A DNA stretch of 64,000 nucleotides, from assembly GCA_964523105.1 (NCBI GenBank), contig CAZFZN010000012.1, forward strand, positions 103,547 through 167,546, written 5' to 3'. The notes under the pieces are model-generated. The model saw only the letters and a list, made by a program, of their open reading frames with translations, did not search any database and was not told the DNA's origin. The DNA is from an uncultured Akkermansia sp. GTDB taxonomy: Bacteria > Verrucomicrobiota > Verrucomicrobiia > Verrucomicrobiales > V1-33. Every line of letters starts with the position of its first letter. Positions within the stretch are counted from its first letter, which is position 1. Shown piece after piece: positions 20,457-30,089 of the stretch. The position numbers and the translations under genes are program-made.

Positions 20457-21860
20457 ATGAAAAAGCCTTTGATCTTCACCGCGACGGCTGCGGCGCTCTT
20501 TGGCGCCGGATATTGGGCCGGGCAGGCGCGGCGTCCGGGCGAGGCGGAATCGCCGCCGGGCGGGGCCGTGTCCGCAGTTTTGTCAGGGCAAAAGGCCGCC
20601 GGACCGTCCGTTGTGGCCAGTGCAGCCGCCCGGCAGGAACTGCGGGACTTCACGCCCGGCCGGCCGTTTGCCAAAGGTGAGGCCAAAGCATGGCTGCTGA
20701 GTCTGGCGTCTTCGCTCGACGGCGACGGACGCATCATGGCCATCGCGATGGTGGACGTCTCCCAGCAGTTTCTGACCATGGACGAGGCGTCAATCATGGA
20801 GGCCGGCGCGGCTCTGCGGGAACTGCTCGCTCAGTACGAGGCCGGCGATCCCGCCATCACAGGTATTCACGATGCCGACGACCTGCTGGAAGGCGGCATG
20901 ATGCTGACGCTGATCCGTCTGGCGCAGATTCGCCCGGAGGCTGCGCTGGAGGTCCTGCAGGAATCGCCGGATGTGAAAAGCTACGAGGCCATGCTGTTTG
21001 TTTTCGGGCGGCTCGCTGCAGACAATCCTCAGCGGGCCGAGCAGATCGCTCTGACATTTGAGGGGAAGCAGCGGGGACAGGCGATGGAGGCGATTCTTTA
21101 CAGCATGGCGGGCAAAAATCCTGCCGGTGCGCTGGAGTTTGCCGCGCGCTATCCGGAGGACATCGATGACTACGACCGTCAGCGCGTCCTGGAGACATGG
21201 GCGCGGCGCAATCCGCGCGAGGCCAGTGAAGCCGCGGTGCAGTCGATGCAGCATTCGGGAAATCCGGAAGTGCTGCGAAACACGCTGGAGGAGTGGTGGA
21301 AACTCGATGCCAAGGCCGCCGCGGCATGGGCTGCGGGACTGCAGGGGCCGGCCAGCGTCACCGCACAGGCCATGTTTTTGGAGAAACGCGCCGGTGAGGA
21401 GCCGGAGGCGGTGTTGCAGGAATATGCGGCGCTCCAGCAGGCGGGCGGGGATGCGAAAAATTTGGGGCGGCTCACTGGCACGCTGGCGGAAAGCCTGGCG
21501 GAAAAAGATTTGCCGGCGGCGCGCGACTGGGCACAAAGCCTGCCTTCCGGAGAGCTGCAGGACACTGCCTTGAGCCGCGTGGCGGAACACTGGGTCAAGG
21601 ACGATGCGCCTGCGGCCTCGGAATGGATCCGCACGTTGCCGGAAGGCATCGCGCGCGACAATGCCGCGCGCATCCTCTGCAATGCCATTTCCCGGCGCGA
21701 TCCCGCCAGCGCCTTCACATGGGCGCAGAGCATCAGCCACGAAAACCAGCGGCGCGACACCATGGGCCGGGTCATGGACGACTGGCGCCAGCAGGATCCG
21801 GAGGCAGCCAAAGCCGCCCTGGAGGCGCTGCCCGCGGCGCTGCGCGAGGGATTGCGCTGA
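20457..21860 (+). CDS. Exported alpha-helical repeat protein of unknown function
   Basis: N-terminal MKKPLIFTATAAALFGAGYWAG; repeated Trp-containing helical units (ETWARRNPREA, EEWWKLDAKAAAAWA, HWVKDDAPAASEWI, DWRQQDPEAA). Confidence 0.8.
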   Translation: MKKPLIFTATAAALFGAGYWAGQARRPGEAESPPGGAVSAVLSGQKAAGPSVVASAAARQELRDFTPGRPFAKGEAKAWLLSLASSLDGDGRIMAIAMVDVSQQFLTMDEASIMEAGAALRELLAQYEAGDPAITGIHDADDLLEGGMMLTLIRLAQIRPEAALEVLQESPDVKSYEAMLFVFGRLAADNPQRAEQIALTFEGKQRGQAMEAILYSMAGKNPAGALEFAARYPEDIDDYDRQRVLETWARRNPREASEAAVQSMQHSGNPEVLRNTLEEWWKLDAKAAAAWAAGLQGPASVTAQAMFLEKRAGEEPEAVLQEYAALQQAGGDAKNLGRLTGTLAESLAEKDLPAARDWAQSLPSGELQDTALSRVAEHWVKDDAPAASEWIRTLPEGIARDNAARILCNAISRRDPASAFTWAQSISHENQRRDTMGRVMDDWRQQDPEAAKAALEALPAALREGLR

Positions 21861-21927
21861 GTTGACGGAGACGCAACGCCGCGGTCCCGCATTGCACGCA
21901 GCGTCGCGCCGCATTACCGCCGGCTCC

Positions 21928-22785
21928 ATGAGCAATCAGACAAAAGTTGGCGTCGCCGGACTCGGCATCATCGGCAGCCGCGTGGCAGGAAATCTGCGCA
22001 CGAAGGGATTCGACGTGCGTGTTTATAACCGCACCCCGAAGGTCGAGCCGGGCTTCACGCCGTCGCTGACCGATCTCGCGCGCGAGAGCGATGTGATTCA
22101 AATCTTCGTGCGCGATGTGAAGGCTCTGAAAAAAGTGGTCGCCGCCATGGCCCCGGCGCTGGGCGCGGGAAAGACGGTCATCAATTCCGCCACGGTCTCC
22201 CTGGCCGCGACCAAAGAAGTGGCCCGGCAGGTTAGGAAGACGGGCGCGGATTTTCTCGACGCCCCGTTCACCGGCAGCCGGGATGCCGCGGCGAACGCGC
22301 AACTCGTCTATTATGCCGGCGGTGCACCGGAAGTGCTGGAGCGGGTGCGCCCGGTGCTGGAGGCTTCAGGGAAGGAGGTGCTCCCCACCGGCGACATCGG
22401 CAGCGCCACGGTGCTCAAGATAGCGACGAACATGGTCAGCGCTGTCACCGTGCAGGCGCTGGCGGAAGCGCTTGGCGTGGTCCGCGCCGGGGGGGTGCCG
22501 CTGGAGATGTTCCGTCAGGCCATCGAACTCAATGCCAACTGTTCGGGCCTCGTGCGCATGAAGCTTCCCGTCATGATCGCGCGCGATTTCACCCCGCATT
22601 TCTCGCTTAAAAACATGCTCAAGGACGCACGCTACGCGCTCGCGCTGGCGGGTCAGGGCAACATGGAAGTCCCGGTTCTCACCGTGGCCGCTGCCTGCAT
22701 GGCGGGCCTTGAAGCCGCCGGTCGCGGCGATGAAGACTATTCAGTGCTCGCCGAGCACTATCTGGGCGCGCGGGAAAAGGAGTGA
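21928..22785 (+). CDS. NAD(P)-dependent oxidoreductase, 3-hydroxyisobutyrate dehydrogenase family
   Basis: GLGIIGSRVA, YNRT, FLDAPFTGS, LKIATN, MLKD. Start reassigned to ATG 21928. Confidence 0.9.
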   Translation: MSNQTKVGVAGLGIIGSRVAGNLRTKGFDVRVYNRTPKVEPGFTPSLTDLARESDVIQIFVRDVKALKKVVAAMAPALGAGKTVINSATVSLAATKEVARQVRKTGADFLDAPFTGSRDAAANAQLVYYAGGAPEVLERVRPVLEASGKEVLPTGDIGSATVLKIATNMVSAVTVQALAEALGVVRAGGVPLEMFRQAIELNANCSGLVRMKLPVMIARDFTPHFSLKNMLKDARYALALAGQGNMEVPVLTVAAACMAGLEAAGRGDEDYSVLAEHYLGAREKE

Positions 22786-22853
22786 GATGAGAAATGCGGC
22801 ACCGGTGATCCCCTTGTGCTCCGCCCGTTCTGAATCCTGACTCACTTTCGTTC

Positions 22854-23735
22854 ATGCCTGCGCTCGATCTTCGCTCCCATGTCAAACTGCGCCTCTCCGG
22901 CCCGGATGCGCTGCGTTATCTCAACGGCCAGGTGACGAACGATGTGCGCCGGCTGCAGCCCGGGGAATCGCAAACGGCGTGTGTGTGCACGCACAAAGGA
23001 AAACTGGAGGCGCTGGTGCAAATCGCGCGGATGGGTGAGGAGTTTCTCATCACCGCGGAGCCGGCGCTGCGGGACTTTCTGCCGCTCCGGCTGGAGAAGT
23101 ATCTGATCGCGGACGATGCGGTGCTGGAGGACGTGACGGAGCAGTTCGATCTGGTGCATGTGTATGGCGGCGAGCCGCCGCCCGCTGGCATGAAGTTCGC
23201 GGCCTCACGCCTCGGTGCGCCGGGCGTGGATGTGTGGCTGCCGGCCGGCACGGCATCGCTGGAGTTTCTGCCGGCGGAGGAGGCGGAACTGCGGCGCATC
23301 GAGCGCGGGATTCCTGCATGGGAAACAGAGCTGGCGGGCGGCATCCTGCCGCCGGAGGCGAGACTTGAGTCGGTGGCCATCGACTATCACAAGGGCTGCT
23401 ACACAGGGCAGGAGGTCATCAGCCGCCTGCGCAGTGTAGGGCAGGTGACGCGGCGGCTGGAGCGTCTCATCGCGCCGGAGGGAGCGCGGCTGGAGCGGGG
23501 ATGGACGGTCTTCGCCGCGGCAGAGAATGGAGCGCGGACGGCGGCGGGAAGCATCACGTCCGCGGCATGGCATGCAGCTTCCGGAAACTGGATTGCGCTG
23601 GGATTTGTGAAGCGGAGCGCGGCGGAGGCGGAATTGACCGCAGCGCCCGGCGCGGATGCCGCGGGCGTACGGGTGGAAATCAGAAAGACTCTTGACGATG
23701 CGGGGGCGGAACCTTCTCATCGCGGAGATTTATGA
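22854..23735 (+). CDS. ygfZ: Folate-binding Fe-S cluster repair protein, YgfZ/GcvT family
   Basis: GPDALRYLNGQVTND and family signature KGCYTGQEVISR. Confidence 0.88.
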   Translation: MPALDLRSHVKLRLSGPDALRYLNGQVTNDVRRLQPGESQTACVCTHKGKLEALVQIARMGEEFLITAEPALRDFLPLRLEKYLIADDAVLEDVTEQFDLVHVYGGEPPPAGMKFAASRLGAPGVDVWLPAGTASLEFLPAEEAELRRIERGIPAWETELAGGILPPEARLESVAIDYHKGCYTGQEVISRLRSVGQVTRRLERLIAPEGARLERGWTVFAAAENGARTAAGSITSAAWHAASGNWIALGFVKRSAAEAELTAAPGADAAGVRVEIRKTLDDAGAEPSHRGDL

Positions 23736-24505
23736 ATCCGACCCGCGTCCTCGCCCTTCCTCTCCTCGCCATCGCGCTCAACGCGTGCAGCACCTATCAC
23801 AAGGTGGCGGATGCGACGATGGGAGTTTTCAAAGGCGGGCAGCCTCAGCCGGAGGAGGTGAATGCCGCGGAGCCATTGCCCCCTGCGGCGGAATCCGGAA
23901 GCAGCGCGGTGATGACCGTGGAGATCAACAAGCAGAAGCGGAAGGTGGTGCTGCAGTTCGATGCGGCGACGGCCCCGAAGGCGGTGGCCAATTTCAAGAA
24001 GCTGGTGAATGCGGGATTCTACAACGGGCTCGCGTTTCACCGCGCCATTTCCGGCTATCTGGTGCAGACCGGTGATCCCGCGACGCGGACGGATGACACG
24101 CGGGACTCCTGGGGCTTGAACGACATCGGCTACAAGCTGCCTCCGGAGCCGCGCGGAAAGATCGTGCGGGGCTCGGTCGCCATGGCGCGCACCAATGAAG
24201 CCATTCGCCGCGGCGACAAGCAGAGCAGCGGCAGCCAGTTTTTCGTAATGCTGCGCAGCGATGCCAAACTCGACGGCAATTACACGGTCTTCGCGCGCGT
24301 GGTTCAGGGAATCGAAGCCCTCGAAGCCATCTCTGCGATGACCGTGGACACCAACGACTGCCCCACGCGGCGCTACGAGATCAAGAGCATCCGGCTGGTC
24401 TCCGCCGACAGCCCGGAACTGCGCCCGCAGAAGCAGGAGAAACTGAAAACCGCCGGCACCGGTGAAAAAGGAGCGGTGGGACGGTTCTTTGACAAGATTT
24501 GGTAG
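23732..24505 (+). CDS. Cyclophilin-type peptidyl-prolyl isomerase, lipoprotein
   Basis: Lipobox LNAC; APKAVANF, FYNGLAFHR, VQTGDP, GSQFFV, YTVFARV. Confidence 0.9.
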   Translation: MNPTRVLALPLLAIALNACSTYHKVADATMGVFKGGQPQPEEVNAAEPLPPAAESGSSAVMTVEINKQKRKVVLQFDAATAPKAVANFKKLVNAGFYNGLAFHRAISGYLVQTGDPATRTDDTRDSWGLNDIGYKLPPEPRGKIVRGSVAMARTNEAIRRGDKQSSGSQFFVMLRSDAKLDGNYTVFARVVQGIEALEAISAMTVDTNDCPTRRYEIKSIRLVSADSPELRPQKQEKLKTAGTGEKGAVGRFFDKIW

Positions 24506-24532
24506 GTAAATCCGGCAGCCTCCGGTGCGACG

Positions 24533-25816
24533 ATGCAGGGAAATCCACTCATTGCCGCGGGACTGGGCCTGTTGAGCCTGCTGTTTCTCGGACTCAGTCA
24601 CCGGTCGAACCGCAAGCGGCGCCTGGTGGCGGTGCTGCCGACATCGAAGGTGCAGGGTGTCTTCATCGGCACTGTGGAATTGAAAGGCACGGCGGAATGC
24701 GAGGCGCCGTTCACCGCCTTTCTCAGCGAAAAGCTGTGCGTGCTTTATTCATGGAGCGTGGCCGAGCACTGGAGCCGGACGGTGACGGAGAGTTACACTG
24801 ACAGTCAGGGCAAGACGCAGACACGCACGCGCACGGAAAGCGGCAGCACTACGGTCGCCAGCGGCGGGGAGAGTGCGGCGTTTTATCTGCGTGACGACAC
24901 CGGAGTGGTGCTGGTGCATCCGGAGGGCGCAGAGGTGCGCCCCAGTACGCTTTATTCCGAGACCTGCGGCCGGTCGCATCCTTACTATTATGGAAAAGGG
25001 CCGCCGGGGGCGGTCAGCGACAGCACGCACCGCCGCACATTCACTGAGACGGGGATCCTGCTGCACGGCGAAGTTTTCCTCGTGGGGCACTCCCGGGAAC
25101 GGGCTGACGTGGTCGCGCCGGAGATCGCTGCGGAGAAGGATGCGCCCCTTTATCTTGTGACAGTGCAGTCTGAGGAACAGGTGCTGCGCGGCTATGGGGC
25201 CTCACTGAAAGTGTGGGGCATCCTCGGCATGCTCGCCGCAGCGGGTGCCGGCGCGGTGCTGCAGAAGTGGGAAGGTGCAGGCGTCGCGGCGGGAGTTTTC
25301 GCCGGCGCATGGGGCCTGACGTGGCTGTGGATGGTGTACAACAGTCTTGTGGATGCACGAAACCGCGTGCGGCACGGCTGGTCGCTGATCGATGTGCAGT
25401 TGAAACGCCGGCACGATCTCATTCCGCGCCTGCTGGCCTGCGTGGAGGCGCTGCGGTCGCACGAGCGGGACGTGCTGGAAGCCGTGACGGCGATGCGCAC
25501 CCAGCTAACCGCCACGCCGCCGGGTGTCGCAGGTCCGGACTTCCACGGAGTCGCCCGGGTGATTGCCGGAGTGGCGGAACGCTACCCGAATCTCAGGAGC
25601 GACGGCGCCTTTCTCTCGCTGCAACGGCAGCTCACGGAAACCGAGCAGCGCATCGCGCTGGCGCGCGGTTACTACAATGACATCGCCACCGCCTATAACA
25701 CCCGCATCCAGGTCGTTCCTGATCTGCTGCTGGCCAGGTTGACCGGCTTCAAAAGTCACCGCCTGCTGCAGGCGGAGGATTTCGAGCGGGCGAGGGTGGA
25801 CGTGCATTTGGCCTGA
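24533..25816 (+). CDS. GIDE-like domain fused to LemA domain, membrane protein
   Basis: N-terminal TM, GTVELKG..FYLRDDTGVVLVHP, central TM pair, LemA motifs YNSLV..DVQLKRRHDLIP..AERYPNLRS..ARGYYN..YN. Confidence 0.85.
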   Translation: MQGNPLIAAGLGLLSLLFLGLSHRSNRKRRLVAVLPTSKVQGVFIGTVELKGTAECEAPFTAFLSEKLCVLYSWSVAEHWSRTVTESYTDSQGKTQTRTRTESGSTTVASGGESAAFYLRDDTGVVLVHPEGAEVRPSTLYSETCGRSHPYYYGKGPPGAVSDSTHRRTFTETGILLHGEVFLVGHSRERADVVAPEIAAEKDAPLYLVTVQSEEQVLRGYGASLKVWGILGMLAAAGAGAVLQKWEGAGVAAGVFAGAWGLTWLWMVYNSLVDARNRVRHGWSLIDVQLKRRHDLIPRLLACVEALRSHERDVLEAVTAMRTQLTATPPGVAGPDFHGVARVIAGVAERYPNLRSDGAFLSLQRQLTETEQRIALARGYYNDIATAYNTRIQVVPDLLLARLTGFKSHRLLQAEDFERARVDVHLA

Positions 25817-25952
25817 ATCGATATTCGTGGGACGAATGCAGGGATCCGGGTGTCCGGTGGAGCGGCCGGATGGATGAACATTTTGTGAATTCACACTGGT
25901 CTATCCGGTGCAATTCAGGATATGATCCCGGGGGTTGCTCCTCTCCAATCCG

Positions 25953-28900
25953 ATGTCCCCTTACATTCTCAGCCTTCTGGCCTGTGCCGGCCTGCTCTGC
26001 GTCCCCGGCAACGCCGCCGCAGCGGTGCTGACCGTGACCAGCGATGCTGACAGCGGGGCCGGTTCGCTCCGTGCAGCGATGGCGGCGGCACTCGAACAGG
26101 CCGGAGCCGATGAGATTGTGTTCGATGCGGTGCTGAACGGCAGGACCATTACCCTGGCTGGCGGGGAACTGGCGACGGGAGTGCAGCAGTTGACGCTGGA
26201 TGCCTCGGCATTGCCGGGCGGAATCATTTTAAGCGGCGGCGGCGTGAACCGGATTCTCCACGTGACGGCGGGAGGCACTCTGGATTTGCGCAGCCTGACA
26301 CTGCAGGGAGGCCATGCCTCCGGCGGGGATGGCGGTGCCGCGCTGAACGCGGGGACTTTGACCCTCTCCCGGTGCACCGTGCGTGATTGCACTGCGGCCG
26401 GAGAAGGCGGCGCGATCTCGAATCACGGCAGCCTGACGGTGACGCAGAGCACTTTCGCCGGCAACTCAGCGAATGCAGGCGGAGCCGTCGCCGGCGACGG
26501 CACACTGACAATGACGCACTGTACCGTGAGCGGCAACTCCGCCACGGTGACGGGAGGCGGTTTGCGGAACGAGTCCTCGTTGACCCTAACCAACAGCATC
26601 GTGGCCGGGAACAGTGCCGCTGCCGGGGCGGACATTTTCAACTCCGGGACCGTGACCCGAACGGGCGTGAACCTCGTGCAGGCGCTGCATAATGCCGGCG
26701 GCAGTGATTCCGGACCTGCGGCCATCGCGGCCGCGCCGCAACTGTTTCCCCTGGCAAATTACGGCGGCCCCACGCCCACGATGCCGCCGCGTGCGGTCAG
26801 CCCCGCACTGGACCGCATCGCCTCCTCTTCCTTCACAGAGGATCAGCGCGGAATGCCCCGTGTGATGTGGGGAGCCGCGGATGCCGGCGCGGTGGAGGCG
26901 GGAACGCAAACAGACGGGGCGTGGGAAGTGCGCGAATTCTACTACCCCGTGTCCCGGCCGGCTTCTCTGGAATCGCTGGAGGACGCGCTGGACCTCATGG
27001 CTGACCCTTCCGCCGTGGTGAAGGAGTCCGCTCCGGCCGTCGTCAATCATCATGATCCGGACAACGGCGGCGGTTCAGGTTACTTCGATGGGGACCAGCC
27101 GGTGCGGGTGGACAACTTGACGCCCGACCGGGCGGCCGGAGATGACAACAACTTCGCCACGGTGGCGCGCACCTTCATCCAGATTGCGGAAGAGGATGAC
27201 TACACGATCGGTTTCAGCAGCAGCGAAGGCGCCAGGTTGCGGATCTTTGGCGCTGATTTCATTTCCAGCACACGGCTCAATGCGTCCAATCCCGCCAATC
27301 CGGCGCACAGCGGCAACGAGTTGTCCTTTCCGGGGCTCACTGACAACTCGGCCACGCTGGGAGTCTGTCACCTGACGCCAGGCGTGTATGCGCTGGAGTT
27401 TGTGACATGGGAACAGTTCGGCAGTGCTTATTACGAGGTTTTTGCAGCCCGGGGAGTGCATACCTCGCTAAACGCGGCGTTCCGGCTCGCCGGTGAAATC
27501 GCTGCCGGAGGCTCCTACAGCACCGGTGCTTTGACACCGCAGGCGCTGCCGCCGGTTTGGATACGGGAATTCGAGGATGGGCCGGGGGATTTCTCCGTCA
27601 CCAATGTCAACGCGCCCTTCGACGGGCCGTGGACTCTCGATGAGGAAAACGGTTCCTGGAAAACTGCGGGGCAGGGGCCTGGTCTTGCGAGTGCGCCCTC
27701 CACACTTCTCACTTCACCGTCCGTAGTGATGCATTGTCACGGTGACGCTGTCCTGCAATTCACCCACCGGTTCAGCTTTGAAGAGGGCAACTGGGACGGG
27801 GGACAGGTGCTGCTGAGCGTGAACGGCGGGCCGTTCACGCTGGTGCCCCCCGCGGCCTTTACTCTGAACGGTTATACCGGAATTGTAACCTTCACCAGCA
27901 TCGCGGACATCCGGGGACAGCCGGCATTCGTTTTCGACTCGCCGGGTTATGTGGTGCCCGCCTATGTCACGAGCACGGCCAGACTGGGGACTTTTAACGC
28001 CGGCGATTCTCTGAGGGTACAGTTCCTGGCTTCATTTGACCGCGACACGAGCCGGGGCAATCCCGCGTGGGAAATTGATACTGTTAGTATCGAGCAGCAG
28101 TGCTCCGGAGCCAACCCCGGCTGGGAATTGACTTCCATCCGGAACGGCGCGGACAGTTTGGAGACGGCGCTGACCCAGTTGTTCAGCCATTGGGCGGGCT
28201 CCCCGCAGCCGAACTCGATCCGGTCATTCGCCGGCACGATCAATCTGTTCGATCCTCAGGCCGGCGGCGGCGGACACGGGCAAACACAGTCTCCGTTTCC
28301 TGGCGACGAGCCAGGGGATGACAATCAATTCGCGGTTGGGGCACGTGCTACACTGCACGTGCCGTCGGACGACTATTATACTTTCTGTGTCTTGGCGGAT
28401 GACGCGGCGCGGTTCCGCATTGCCGGAAGCCAGTGGTGGAATGTGGCCGGCACCCGGCCGGTGGTCACTCTGCCGGATGGTTTCCTGACGGCCGGCGGAG
28501 AGGAAGTCTTCGGCCAGGTGTTCTTGACTGCCGGCCCCCGCCGGATCGAACTGATTTATCAGGAAGGAGCCGGGGCTGCGTATCTCGGACTGTGGGGGGC
28601 GCGCGGCCGTTATGGCCGGTTCGATCCGGAGGTCTTCACTCCGGTGGGTGGACCGGGTATGATTCGTCCGGCGTCGCCCTTTACCCTCACACGCCAGGCG
28701 GGCTTGTCGCGCCCCGCGAATGACGATTTTGCCTCCGCCGCCGCCGCCTCGCCGCGGACCGTGGTTTGCACTGCCGGGGCCGGACTGGAGCCGGGCGAGC
28801 CGGGATTGGCCTCCGGGACGGTGTGGTGGCGCCTCTCCACCGGGGGCGGAACCGTTGTTTGTGACACTGCGGGCAGTGATTTCGACACGGCGATCGCCGT

Positions 28901-29705
28901 CTATTCAGGCACCAGCCTCAGCCAGCTCGCGCTTTTGGCATCCAACGACAATTACGACGGTTCATCCGCTGCAAGAGTGACCGTATCGGTGGGGACGCCC
29001 GGGGAACTCTACATTCAGGCGGGAGGGGCCGGGCCGGCTGCTGGTCGTCTCGCACTGAGCATCAGTTCAGCGGCTCTGCCCACCAATGATGCCTTTGCAA
29101 CCCCGCTGGATTTGGGCTCCGTGTTTTCTGTTAGTGCCTCCGGGGAGAATGACGCAGCGACGGCGCAGCCAGGTGAGCCCGCCCATGCGCCGGGCACTGC
29201 TCCGGCGTGCAGTGTTTGGTTCTCCTGGACTGCACCGGTGAGCGGAGAATTCACCCTGGATGCTCTCGGCAGTCGTTACCGGACCGTGCTGGGGGTTTAC
29301 ACGGGAAATAATCTCAGCGGACTGCATCGGGTCGCCGGGAGCGGCAGTGGTTCCGGACATCCGACCGGGGTTTCGTTCTTCGCCCTGATGGGAGTGACTT
29401 ACCGCATCGCTTTGGACGGAACCGGCCCCGGCGAGCGGGGCACATGGCGGCTGAACGTCGCCCACCGTCCCGCAGTCGTCGAGGCCGGGGTAATCGCCGG
29501 GCCTCCGCCCGGGGCCGCGCGAACATGGCGGATGACCTGGCGGTCGGAGCCATGGACCACCTATCGCATCGAACACTCGCCTGATCTAACTCTCTGGACA
29601 GGTATTGCAGAAGGCGTGCCTTCCGGCGGCGACTTTACCAGTTTTGAATACGGCAATCTCCAGCAAGGAGCCGGTCGGGGGTACTTCCGCATCGTCCGGA
29701 AGTAA
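25953..29705 (+). CDS. Large secreted modular surface protein (beta-helix/choice-of-anchor-Q-like, two PA14-like, two NDxFA Ig-like modules, C-terminal sorting-like domain)
   Basis: Signal peptide; DSGAGSLRAA; LANYGGPTPTM..DQRG..DAGAVE; DDNNFA/DDNQFA..YTF..DD; ANDDFASA and TNDAFA repeats with VWF.W; end RGYFRIVRK. Confidence 0.82.
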   Translation: MSPYILSLLACAGLLCVPGNAAAAVLTVTSDADSGAGSLRAAMAAALEQAGADEIVFDAVLNGRTITLAGGELATGVQQLTLDASALPGGIILSGGGVNRILHVTAGGTLDLRSLTLQGGHASGGDGGAALNAGTLTLSRCTVRDCTAAGEGGAISNHGSLTVTQSTFAGNSANAGGAVAGDGTLTMTHCTVSGNSATVTGGGLRNESSLTLTNSIVAGNSAAAGADIFNSGTVTRTGVNLVQALHNAGGSDSGPAAIAAAPQLFPLANYGGPTPTMPPRAVSPALDRIASSSFTEDQRGMPRVMWGAADAGAVEAGTQTDGAWEVREFYYPVSRPASLESLEDALDLMADPSAVVKESAPAVVNHHDPDNGGGSGYFDGDQPVRVDNLTPDRAAGDDNNFATVARTFIQIAEEDDYTIGFSSSEGARLRIFGADFISSTRLNASNPANPAHSGNELSFPGLTDNSATLGVCHLTPGVYALEFVTWEQFGSAYYEVFAARGVHTSLNAAFRLAGEIAAGGSYSTGALTPQALPPVWIREFEDGPGDFSVTNVNAPFDGPWTLDEENGSWKTAGQGPGLASAPSTLLTSPSVVMHCHGDAVLQFTHRFSFEEGNWDGGQVLLSVNGGPFTLVPPAAFTLNGYTGIVTFTSIADIRGQPAFVFDSPGYVVPAYVTSTARLGTFNAGDSLRVQFLASFDRDTSRGNPAWEIDTVSIEQQCSGANPGWELTSIRNGADSLETALTQLFSHWAGSPQPNSIRSFAGTINLFDPQAGGGGHGQTQSPFPGDEPGDDNQFAVGARATLHVPSDDYYTFCVLADDAARFRIAGSQWWNVAGTRPVVTLPDGFLTAGGEEVFGQVFLTAGPRRIELIYQEGAGAAYLGLWGARGRYGRFDPEVFTPVGGPGMIRPASPFTLTRQAGLSRPANDDFASAAAASPRTVVCTAGAGLEPGEPGLASGTVWWRLSTGGGTVVCDTAGSDFDTAIAVYSGTSLSQLALLASNDNYDGSSAARVTVSVGTPGELYIQAGGAGPAAGRLALSISSAALPTNDAFATPLDLGSVFSVSASGENDAATAQPGEPAHAPGTAPACSVWFSWTAPVSGEFTLDALGSRYRTVLGVYTGNNLSGLHRVAGSGSGSGHPTGVSFFALMGVTYRIALDGTGPGERGTWRLNVAHRPAVVEAGVIAGPPPGAARTWRMTWRSEPWTTYRIEHSPDLTLWTGIAEGVPSGGDFTSFEYGNLQQGAGRGYFRIVRK

Positions 29706-30089
29706 TGACTTTTCTCAGGGCGAACGCGTCCACGGTATCCCCACTGAAAACTCGAGGGCATTGGAGTATCGCCGTCCAGGATCACGTTGATCTCAATTCG
29801 GCCACCGCTGCCAAGCCCGGTTCCACGAAGCCTGAGTGGGGCGAGTCCCCGGAGAAGTCGCTGCCGATATAGCGCGGGCCGGCTGCAAATCGATTCCAAA
29901 ATCGCTCCCAATATGTTGTGTCGTGGATCAGAAAGCAAACTCGATAGAGCAGGAAAGCTTCGTTTCGGGATTTCAAGAAAAGTCGGAAATCCGTAAATTC
30001 TGGAAGAAAGTAAAGAAATCAGAAATTTTAGTTTGCGCAGGAACTATGATTATTATAGTATTTGCAAATAATTTCCCTGATTCAAGCCA

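Noticed and set aside
29934-29975. GCAAAC-TC-GATA-GA-GCAGGAAAGC upstream of the pilus operon, faintly like a c-di-GMP-I riboswitch
   Set aside because: P2 stem is too short and the GGACGCAAAG segment and P3 are not matched. An Infernal search with the c-di-GMP-I model would settle it.
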